Assembly: GCA_964366355.1 (NCBI GenBank)
Contig: CAYITO010000001.1
Location: 2,459 to 66,458 of the forward strand
Direction of reading: 5' to 3'
Length of the DNA stretch: 64,000 nucleotides
From: an uncultured archaeon
Lineage (GTDB): Archaea > Aenigmatarchaeota > Aenigmatarchaeia > CG10238-14 > SCSR01
The notes beneath the pieces are model-generated. The model ran no database searches and was not told where the DNA came from. It worked only from the letters and a program-made list of their open reading frames with translations. The position numbers and the translations under genes were made by a program. Within the stretch, counting starts at the first letter, position 1; each line of letters opens with the position of its first letter. Shown here one piece after another: positions 38,387 to 46,383 of the stretch.

Positions 38387-40573
38387 TTACGGCGAAACAA
38401 TCCCAGACGCCGTGTCATTGTATCCTGTTGAGTTTACAGTGACATTTGTTGGATATACCCCGCCGCTAGAATAATTGGTTTCAATTACGATGAACAAGGG
38501 CTCTGTAGTGTTTAATGTCACATCTTGATTGGATGATATGCTTTGGGCATCAGTCTTGAACAGCCATGAAACCGCCCTCTGGCCTATGTTGTTTACTGCG
38601 GTAATTAATTGTATAGTGCTGCCCTGGCTTTCCGAGAATGTGGAATGCTCGGTTATCTCAACCATCTTTACGACGAACCTGTCGACAAGAGAATCGAGGA
38701 AAGAGCCGCTGTATGCGTTTATTGTGTTTGACTTGTTGCCTTGGGTTGTGTAGTTGTGCCTGTGGGAGACATTGGTCGCCCCGCCTCTTGGCAAGGTTGA
38801 GATGTTACTGTTGGTGACGCTAGGATCAGTCATGTTCCAAGAAACAGCCAAGTCCTGCGGCCAGTAGTTCTTGATTGTGAAGTTGGTTGTCCTGTTGGTC
38901 TCCCTCTCCCTATAGCTGTTGTAGTTTTCTATTTCTATAGATTTCAAAGTAAATGTCTCATTGAATCTGTCGCTTAAGCCTCCGGAAGAAACTACTACAG
39001 AAACATTCTTATCTCCCTCCGTTGTGTAGGTTATATCCTGTGTTATTTGTCTTGACTGGTTTGTGGCTAATGTAAGAGAGTTTGAAAAGGTCTGCCCATC
39101 ACTGATGATGTGCCATGTTATCGTAGATGGATAATAGTAATTTGTGATGTTGAACTTTACCAGCCTATTGTTTCCTGATAGCGAGCTCGCATTGTAGTCT
39201 TCTATAGCTATTCCCTTGATTTCAAAATTGATTGTCTTTGAATGGTTGCCATCTGTTGAATTTGCAATGCAAGTGAAAGTCTTCTTCCCTGGCAATGAGT
39301 AATTATAATTAAATGTGATGTTTCTGTATTCCTTGGCAGCCATGGTGAATGAGGAGTTGGACGACCTCCCTTCGCTGCAGTCCCAATTGACGCTTGAAGA
39401 CGCGACATCCATGTCGTTGAATATCTGCAGGCTGAAGTTCACCAAAGTCCTGTCTTGGTTGGGAGTTGACAAGTCCGTTATCTTGATTCCAAACTTTGCA
39501 TTTAGATTTTCAAAATCTACTGAATTGCTTGCTGAGCGTCCAGTGATATTTATCCTGTAGTCTCCTGCGCTGGTGTAGTTGTTCGCGGCTACAACCAATA
39601 TAGATTCGTTGTTCAGGATGTCGAATGCGATTGCTGAATTGACCAGTATGGTGCCGAAGTCTATGCTCCAAGCGCCGCTGGTTGCAGTTGTGTTCTTCTC
39701 GTTAGCAAGGTAGAATTGAATTGTTCTTGTCCTGTTGGTTGAATAGAGCTCTCCTTGGTTGATTACATCTATTCCTGCATCGCCAGTCACTATTTGGAAT
39801 GGCGCATGGACTGGAGTTCCGTTGTAGACGAACTTGGTCGTGTTGATGCTGTTCCTGACAATTTTCAGGATGTTGCCTATTGCATTGTAGGAATAGTAGA
39901 ATGTCTGACCACCTAAGCTGGCATTTACTAGCCTGTCCAAGAAATCATAGGTCATGTTGTACGTCCTGCCGTTTGCCTTGTCGTCTATCACAATGATGTT
40001 GCCAACCTTGTCATAGTAGTAAGTCAGATTTTGTACGCTTCCTGTCCTTATCTGCGCCAGCCTCGCATTCTGGGAGTCGTATGAGAACTCAGTAACCCTT
40101 GTATTTGCATAAGTTCTATTTAGAGGATTGTCGAACGCGTTGTGGAATGTGCTGTTGATAAAATCAATTATTTTTGATATCTTGCTCTGGTTGTTGTAGT
40201 TGTAGTCCGTGGTTATGCCTGGGCTGAGCGTTTGTTTCACCAGCCTGTCCATGGAGTCGTAGTAGTTCCTTTTCTCGAAAATGATTCCGTCTATGGTTCT
40301 AGTTTCTTTAGTTACTCTGAGCTTGTCATCGTATTCGTATTTGAATGTTGAGTTGCTGAAGGTGATGTTGGTTAATGTCCCCTCGTAATCCTTGTCGTAT
40401 GCATAGGTGATGTTTATACTTGTCATGTTTTTCGTAAGTATTCTGTTCAATGCATCGTAGGATATGTTCACTTGGTTTGTTGGGTTGTCGTAGGTGAGAT
40501 TTTGCACAGAGGCTACGGCTAATTGTGGCAATGCTAGCAAAAACAAAATAAAAACTATTGTTTCAGTTTTCAT
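38387..40573 (-). CDS. Secreted YD/RHS-repeat protein with C-terminal Ig/PKD/CARDB-like repeats
   Basis: Signal peptide; YDALNR, YDSMDRL, YDKVGNI, YDFLDRL, YNAIGN...HAP; then about five ~90-aa beta-rich repeats. Confidence 0.8.
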   Translation of the reverse strand: MKTETIVFILFLLALPQLAVASVQNLTYDNPTNQVNISYDALNRILTKNMTSINITYAYDKDYEGTLTNITFSNSTFKYEYDDKLRVTKETRTIDGIIFEKRNYYDSMDRLVKQTLSPGITTDYNYNNQSKISKIIDFINSTFHNAFDNPLNRTYANTRVTEFSYDSQNARLAQIRTGSVQNLTYYYDKVGNIIVIDDKANGRTYNMTYDFLDRLVNASLGGQTFYYSYNAIGNILKIVRNSINTTKFVYNGTPVHAPFQIVTGDAGIDVINQGELYSTNRTRTIQFYLANEKNTTATSGAWSIDFGTILVNSAIAFDILNNESILVVAANNYTSAGDYRINITGRSASNSVDFENLNAKFGIKITDLSTPNQDRTLVNFSLQIFNDMDVASSSVNWDCSEGRSSNSSFTMAAKEYRNITFNYNYSLPGKKTFTCIANSTDGNHSKTINFEIKGIAIEDYNASSLSGNNRLVKFNITNYYYPSTITWHIISDGQTFSNSLTLATNQSRQITQDITYTTEGDKNVSVVVSSGGLSDRFNETFTLKSIEIENYNSYRERETNRTTNFTIKNYWPQDLAVSWNMTDPSVTNSNISTLPRGGATNVSHRHNYTTQGNKSNTINAYSGSFLDSLVDRFVVKMVEITEHSTFSESQGSTIQLITAVNNIGQRAVSWLFKTDAQSISSNQDVTLNTTEPLFIVIETNYSSGGVYPTNVTVNSTGYNDTASGIVSP

Positions 40574-40877
40574 ATAAGCCTCTTTTAATCCTCTGACCGA
40601 ACGGGTCGTAGGAGTATTCTTCAACGATTGGGAAAGTTGCGTCTATTTCTACCGAATAGTTTTCCAAAAATATTTCAAATCCGATTAGGTAGTGTGAAAA
40701 GTTGCCGATGGTGTTGTTATCTTTGTCTGCTATAGTTCCTAGAGTTTCGAAGATGGTGAGGTTGGTGGGAAAGGGAAAAGAAGTTTCAGTTGAAGGTTCT
40801 GTATAATCTAATGCCTCAGCTTCTTGTGTAAATAAAATTATTGTTAGAAGTAATGTAAGTAAAAATAACAATCTCAT
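40563..40877 (-). CDS. Small signal-peptide ORF ending in an RHS fragment (orphan remnant)
   Basis: Hydrophobic N-terminus; PIVEEYSYDPFGQRIK parallels PILENYTYDPFGQRIK in the large RHS. Confidence 0.5.
   Translation of the reverse strand: MRLLFLLTLLLTIILFTQEAEALDYTEPSTETSFPFPTNLTIFETLGTIADKDNNTIGNFSHYLIGFEIFLENYSVEIDATFPIVEEYSYDPFGQRIKRGLYEN
40588..40610. repeat. Direct repeat copy 1 (22/23 identical to 42545-42567)
   Basis: ATCCTCTGACCGAACGGGTCGTA. Confidence 0.8.
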
Positions 40878-41476
40878 TTTTTACTCTCCTTTGTAAAATA
40901 ATACTCTATGTTAGAGTCGTAGACTTCTCTAAGTCTGTGAGAGGAATATGTTTTGTCCAAAAGTCCAGTAGCAAAAACTTTTACTAAATGTATAGGATTT
41001 ACTGGTATCTTCCCACCGACTAAAACAGGTTTATGGTAATCTATATCATTTTTAGGTTTCTTGATAAAGTCCCATTTAAGTCCTTTTACATTTTTTCTAA
41101 ATGTTTCACCAAGATACATTCCTATATCGTAACATAAGGAAAGTGTTTCCTTAGACAGGTCTACTTTCGGTATATCCACATGCGGTTTTAAGTGCCCCGG
41201 AATTCCACTCTCAATTTTTTCAATTTCATTTTTAGTCAATTTTCTACTTGTTATGCGTTTTGCAAACCATTCACCTAAATATTTTAGAGACTCTGGAGAA
41301 AAGTTTAGTTTTCTAGGGTCGTATCCAGTATTTTGCGCCGTTTTTTTAAAAATTTCTATCCTTCCCGGTATAGATTTAACAAACCATTTTAGAAATTTTT
41401 CAGCTTCTTTCTCGGACATTTCTTTGAAGCTTCTTTTGATCGGAAATTCTATTAGTTTATAATTTCTTACGGCCAT
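40874..41476 (-). CDS. Putative cognate immunity protein
   Basis: 200 aa, AT-rich, no signal peptide, start overlaps the toxin stop, GGTGA RBS; GMYLGE motif. Confidence 0.65.
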   Translation of the reverse strand: MAVRNYKLIEFPIKRSFKEMSEKEAEKFLKWFVKSIPGRIEIFKKTAQNTGYDPRKLNFSPESLKYLGEWFAKRITSRKLTKNEIEKIESGIPGHLKPHVDIPKVDLSKETLSLCYDIGMYLGETFRKNVKGLKWDFIKKPKNDIDYHKPVLVGGKIPVNPIHLVKVFATGLLDKTYSSHRLREVYDSNIEYYFTKESKK

Positions 41477-44400
41477 TTTATTTTCACCTGTGAAACAACA
41501 TACGAAATAGCACCTTTAGTTTGTTCTATTGACTTTTCAAATTCTTTTAATGCACCCCTTGTGAATCCAGACTTTCCAGTTATAGGACTTTCAAATAAAA
41601 CCCACTGTATACTTTTCTTTACACCACTTTGCACTAGTTCTATGTCTTTTGCTATTTGGGCTTTAAAATCTTTTGTTGCAGAAACTCTTCCAACTTTGAC
41701 TTCAAATGCTTTTCCAGTTTGCGGTACTATTACATCTGGAATGCGTTTGCCTTGACTAGTAGATAATGGTTGCTTATTAAGCACTCCTCCTTCTTGCTTA
41801 GCTATTGTGCTTTCTGAGCTTTTGCTTATTTGTTTGTTTATTTCGATTTGTTTGGCTTTTTCAATATTTCTACTAATATCAGTAATTTTACCACCAGAAC
41901 TAATCGCATTAATCCCAGCTTCAGCTCCTTTTACTACAACTCTCCCGCCAGTCAAACCAGGAGCAGCCAACCCGCCTATATCAGCAATCAAAGAACCATA
42001 ATTCCAAAGATTAGTTGGATCATCTTGTATATCCCGTATATCCATAGTTATGAACGCTACATCTACAGCAGATTCTAAGTATTTTCCACAAGGATCCTTG
42101 TACTTGTAAGGGTTGCCTAGCGCATACGAGTACCTATTCAGAAACTGCGGGTTATACGGATTTTGAACTATCGGATCAGGTCGTAACCTCAATCCCCACT
42201 CAGGCTTGTAAGGAACGTTGCAAAGCATGTAAGTGTTGGTTTGGTCTTTGAATTGTCCTGTGTATAACTTCGGGTCGGCAAGACCACCTCCAAGCAACTC
42301 CCCATAAGGCGAGTAGTAACTGTTCTCGACAACATTGCCATTAGAATCAGTAATCAACGTAGTGCTCCCAAGATGGTCTGGATGGTAGAAATATTTACTG
42401 CCATCTGGATTAACTCTCGCAACAAGTATTCCTTCCTGGTATACGTAAGTGAAGTCAAAAGTGCCAGTGGAATTTTTAATTCTCATTAGCTCCTTGAACG
42501 GGATGTATACTGTCGTGTTTGTAGTGTCATTCCTAGAAATCTTTATCCTCTGCCCGAACGGGTCGTATGTATAGTTTTCTAATATTGGTGAACTAGATGT
42601 ACTGCCATTCCTAATTTTTATTAACTGATTCAATCCATCATATTCCCTGTAATATCCATCGCCAGTAACAAGATTGCCCCCACCATTCTGCCTCTGAGTA
42701 ATTAGATTGCCAACAAGGTCGTATGCATAAGTCCAATTCCCCAAATCAGGGTCGCTAAGTGCAATTCTCCTGCCAAGCGAGTCATAAGCGAATGTAAACT
42801 TGTTGCCAAGAGCATCGGTAATCTTGATTAAATTGTCTTGAGTATCATACTCGTAAGAGGTGTTGTAGACTTCCTCGGAAGTTACGTTCAATACTGCATC
42901 TAGGATTGGGTCGTTGTTGTACTCCAAGACATTTGCAATTCTATCGTACCCATCAAGCACGTAAGCTTTCCTGTGGCTGTTCTCGTCGAATGCTGTAATA
43001 GTTCTGTGATTAAATAAAATTGTCTTGTTCGTCCCGTCTGGGTTTCTAACAAAAGTCACTCTACCCAGCACATCAAACGTGTAGTTAGTGTTGTTGACAG
43101 TAGCAGACGGCGTGCTCAATCCAGTACTAAAGCTATCAAAATATGGATTCTGCTCGCTAACAACTCTGCCAAGACTATCATAGAAAAGATTCTTCACAAT
43201 CTGCTGGCTGCCGTCAGCAGGTCTTTTAAATTGAACAAAGTTGGCAAACCCGTCGTAGTAGAAGTAAGTGTCGTAAGTCTTGTTGGCAGTAGTCCTTTGT
43301 GAAACTTTGATTATCTCAGGCGCAACCCCGTCGAATATGTAGGTGTAGTTTTTGGTAGGCAGTTCAAAGCTATCAAACGGCTGCACTTCCTTGGCAATCC
43401 TTCCAAAAACATCATAGTGATAAGAGGTATTCACATCATTCGAAAACTGCCACAATAGGTTCCCAGTACCCAGATCATACTTGTAGTCAGCCCTGTGAAA
43501 TAGCGCATTGGTAACCGCATCAGGATAAGTGAATGTAGTGTCCCTAAAGCCGAAGTTATATCTTACAACCCTTCCAAGAGGGTCTGTCTGCCTAACCACA
43601 TTCCCGAAAGGATCATAATCATACTTGACGACATGCCTTCCCCCAGTGTCAACCCAAGTATCAATTTCTGTTACATCGCCTTTAGTAGCATTCGAACCGT
43701 ATGGCAATCCATCATAAGAATACCTGACATCACCAACTTTGGTGGAATTGTCCGATGAAAATAGTTGATACTGCTTCAGCCTGTCGACAATCCATGAAGT
43801 GCTGTTGACAACATAGGAATACCTCTCGTACTTCTCATCTCCAGTTACATTGACATCGCCAAAGAATACACTCGAGACAAGATTCCCGAAATTGTCGTAT
43901 GAATAAGAGGCATTCGTCACCTTGGCGCCGGTGGAGTTGCCATCATGCAAATAATTAGCCTGCGAAAGAAGGAAAATCTTGAAATAGCCGCTGGTGTTGG
44001 TGAAATTGTACACGCTCTCATCCTTCGAGAAAATGCTGCCCGTGGAATTAAACACCTCTGTCTTGTATTCCGTCCCCCTCCTCGCATCATCCTGGTGGAA
44101 GTAATGGCTTACCAACGAGTTATCAGGCAGCGTCTCGTTCACAACCCCGAATCCCCTAAACTCAAAATCGTCATAATCGTAGCTGGCATTCGCATACGTG
44201 TAATTGAACCTTCCGACAACGCCGAATGCATTGGTCATGGAGTTGTTCTGCGTTGCATTCGCCACGACCCAGACATTGAACCCGATGTCGGAAACGTTAT
44301 TGGTTCCGTTGTTGCCGAATGACGTGGAGGCGGTATAGTTTATCGACTCTATCGCAATAACCCCGCCAAGCTCGTTGACGATGCGCTTGAGCAGGAAAGG

Positions 44401-46383
44401 CGTGGTCTGGTTCTTGATCCAAGTGAACTTGGTGCTGCCGTTGGCTATGAATATGTCCATGAAGCCGTCGCCATTTGCATCCGACACCCTCCTCCCAATA
44501 TTCCTCCCGTTCATTATGAAAACCTCAGGAGACCCCCATGAGTTGTTCATCGTCCACCCATTCCCATTATTCAGCCAAGTGTTCCTCGACGAAGTGCTTT
44601 CATTGAAGTAATCCTCAATAATGTCAACCAAACCATCGCCGTTTATATCGGCAAACCTAACCCCCCTGTCAGGATTGCTGCCAGTCACAAAATCAATCGG
44701 GGGAGCCCACACGGAGGAAAAGTCCGCCCAAGTGCCATTCCCCATGTTGAGCCACGCATTATGCCCGTTGTGCCCCTTGATGATATCAACCAATCCATCC
44801 CCATTAACATCCTCCAGCCTCGCCCCCGTGTCCACACCCGTGCCGTCTATGAACTCCACAGGAGCCACCCACACAGAGCTCACATTAGTCCACCCGTCGC
44901 CGTTGTTTACAAACGCGCTTTTGTTGCCGCCTCTCGACTGCAGTATGTCGACCCTCCCGTCGCCGTTGAAATCAACCAAATGAGTCCCGCCGTCAAAACC
45001 GCCCTGGAGAAAATAAACAGAGTTTGGTAACTTCCATGCGGCCGAACTGTTCCACCCCGTGCCGTTGTTGAGCCACGCCAGCCTCGTGTCAGGCGTGTTC
45101 TTCGACTGCACGATATCCATCAACCCGTCATTGTTCAAGTCCGCAAACCTCACGCCCTGGTCAGCATCGTTGCTGTCGACAAAATAAATCGGCGGGGCAA
45201 ATGAATTGTCAGGCACGAAATTGCCGTTCCTGTCGTTTACCCAAGCCCTCTTGTCCGCATTGATTTCCCTTCCCAGCAGCACATCAACAAACCCGTCGTT
45301 ATTGAAATCGACCAGCCTCGCCCCGTGGTCAGACGTCTCCACGGAAAAATCCGTGGGCATCACCCACTTTGTGAAAGACTTGCTGAAATTTGCGCCAGGA
45401 GAATGATAGTCGAACGATATCTGGTGAAGCAGCGAGACCCCGTCAGAGCCGAAATATTTCATCCTCCCCAAAGACGACAAGGACCTCTCTGCGCTCAAGT
45501 TCAGATATTCGAAGCTATAATTTCTGACCAGCTTGCCGTCTGCAAACACGTGAATATTTTCAAGCCTCCTGCTTTCATTAAGAATGTTCCCCTGCTCAAA
45601 CACCGTCCTCTTGTCAGGCCTTGCGGAACCCTCGTAGACAAAATCTATAACTCTCCTCCTGTCATTGTTGTACTGTATCTGAACCAGGTATGCGGCACCG
45701 TTGTCCTCTGAGTTTGGGTCCTCAGAATAATGGTAAAATATCTTGTTGTCGTGGGTGTCGTTAACCAAATCAACGCTCCACCTGACAGCATAATTCTTTC
45801 CCGTATTCGACGCCAGTTCAGAATAGTTGCTGTATCCAAACCTGTACTGCGTGCCGTCCTTTGCAGTAACAATCCAGTAAAGGCCATAGGTGTTGTTGAT
45901 GCTTGACGAATTCTGGATCTTCATGAACGACTCAATCCTGGTATGGAACAACCCGTCATTGCTGTCATAAACCAATTCATAAGCATTGCCGTTTAGGATT
46001 AGTTTGAACTCGTCGTCGGGCGTGCTGGCCGCCGTGCCGTTCACATCCCTGAACACATAGCTCTGCGTCAACTGCCATCCGCTGCCGAGTACTCCAGGCC
46101 TCTGCTTCACACTCTGGCTGTTGTACGTTATTGACAGAAATGGCTGCAATCCATTGGTGCCTTTAGGAACCTCTATGGGATACGCGTAAGTAGCCGCTCC
46201 AGTGAACAAGTTTGTGCTATAGCTCCCGTACAATTTCACCTTCGGATGCTCGGGGATATTGGCCTTATGCAGGTAAGGCTTGTAGGAGTCGTCGGCAGCA
46301 ATCGATGCGGGAACTAAAACCAGAAAACTGATGAGAACCAAAATCAAATTCTGGTTTGTTATAATCCAAATGCATCTCACCAT
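41467..46383 (-). CDS. Secreted SpvB/VCBS/TcdB-midN/RHS polymorphic toxin with a C-terminal REase-fold nuclease-like tip (1638 aa)
   Basis: TGAATYAYPIEVPKGTNGLQP..GSGW (SpvB), six DxNxDG repeats, EFRGFG, YD repeats, YHPDHLGST, NRYSYALGNPYKYKDPCG; tip RIPD..FEVK. Confidence 0.9.
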   Translation of the reverse strand: MVRCIWIITNQNLILVLISFLVLVPASIAADDSYKPYLHKANIPEHPKVKLYGSYSTNLFTGAATYAYPIEVPKGTNGLQPFLSITYNSQSVKQRPGVLGSGWQLTQSYVFRDVNGTAASTPDDEFKLILNGNAYELVYDSNDGLFHTRIESFMKIQNSSSINNTYGLYWIVTAKDGTQYRFGYSNYSELASNTGKNYAVRWSVDLVNDTHDNKIFYHYSEDPNSEDNGAAYLVQIQYNNDRRRVIDFVYEGSARPDKRTVFEQGNILNESRRLENIHVFADGKLVRNYSFEYLNLSAERSLSSLGRMKYFGSDGVSLLHQISFDYHSPGANFSKSFTKWVMPTDFSVETSDHGARLVDFNNDGFVDVLLGREINADKRAWVNDRNGNFVPDNSFAPPIYFVDSNDADQGVRFADLNNDGLMDIVQSKNTPDTRLAWLNNGTGWNSSAAWKLPNSVYFLQGGFDGGTHLVDFNGDGRVDILQSRGGNKSAFVNNGDGWTNVSSVWVAPVEFIDGTGVDTGARLEDVNGDGLVDIIKGHNGHNAWLNMGNGTWADFSSVWAPPIDFVTGSNPDRGVRFADINGDGLVDIIEDYFNESTSSRNTWLNNGNGWTMNNSWGSPEVFIMNGRNIGRRVSDANGDGFMDIFIANGSTKFTWIKNQTTPFLLKRIVNELGGVIAIESINYTASTSFGNNGTNNVSDIGFNVWVVANATQNNSMTNAFGVVGRFNYTYANASYDYDDFEFRGFGVVNETLPDNSLVSHYFHQDDARRGTEYKTEVFNSTGSIFSKDESVYNFTNTSGYFKIFLLSQANYLHDGNSTGAKVTNASYSYDNFGNLVSSVFFGDVNVTGDEKYERYSYVVNSTSWIVDRLKQYQLFSSDNSTKVGDVRYSYDGLPYGSNATKGDVTEIDTWVDTGGRHVVKYDYDPFGNVVRQTDPLGRVVRYNFGFRDTTFTYPDAVTNALFHRADYKYDLGTGNLLWQFSNDVNTSYHYDVFGRIAKEVQPFDSFELPTKNYTYIFDGVAPEIIKVSQRTTANKTYDTYFYYDGFANFVQFKRPADGSQQIVKNLFYDSLGRVVSEQNPYFDSFSTGLSTPSATVNNTNYTFDVLGRVTFVRNPDGTNKTILFNHRTITAFDENSHRKAYVLDGYDRIANVLEYNNDPILDAVLNVTSEEVYNTSYEYDTQDNLIKITDALGNKFTFAYDSLGRRIALSDPDLGNWTYAYDLVGNLITQRQNGGGNLVTGDGYYREYDGLNQLIKIRNGSTSSSPILENYTYDPFGQRIKISRNDTTNTTVYIPFKELMRIKNSTGTFDFTYVYQEGILVARVNPDGSKYFYHPDHLGSTTLITDSNGNVVENSYYSPYGELLGGGLADPKLYTGQFKDQTNTYMLCNVPYKPEWGLRLRPDPIVQNPYNPQFLNRYSYALGNPYKYKDPCGKYLESAVDVAFITMDIRDIQDDPTNLWNYGSLIADIGGLAAPGLTGGRVVVKGAEAGINAISSGGKITDISRNIEKAKQIEINKQISKSSESTIAKQEGGVLNKQPLSTSQGKRIPDVIVPQTGKAFEVKVGRVSATKDFKAQIAKDIELVQSGVKKSIQWVLFESPITGKSGFTRGALKEFEKSIEQTKGAISYVVSQVKIKWP
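42545..42567. repeat. Direct repeat copy 2
   Basis: ATCCTCTGCCCGAACGGGTCGTA. Confidence 0.8.
44450..45330 (-). repeat. Six FG-GAP/VCBS-type protein repeats (~54 aa period)
   Basis: DFNNDG, DLNNDG, DFNGDG, DVNGDG, DINGDG, DANGDG. Confidence 0.85.

Noticed and set aside
40588..42567. DGR template/variable repeat pair
   Set aside because: Only 23 nt with a single mismatch, and no reverse transcriptase in the window.
44450..45330. Periodic DNA repeats as a CRISPR array
   Set aside because: These are degenerate coding VCBS repeats; there are no identical repeats with spacers and no cas genes in the window.
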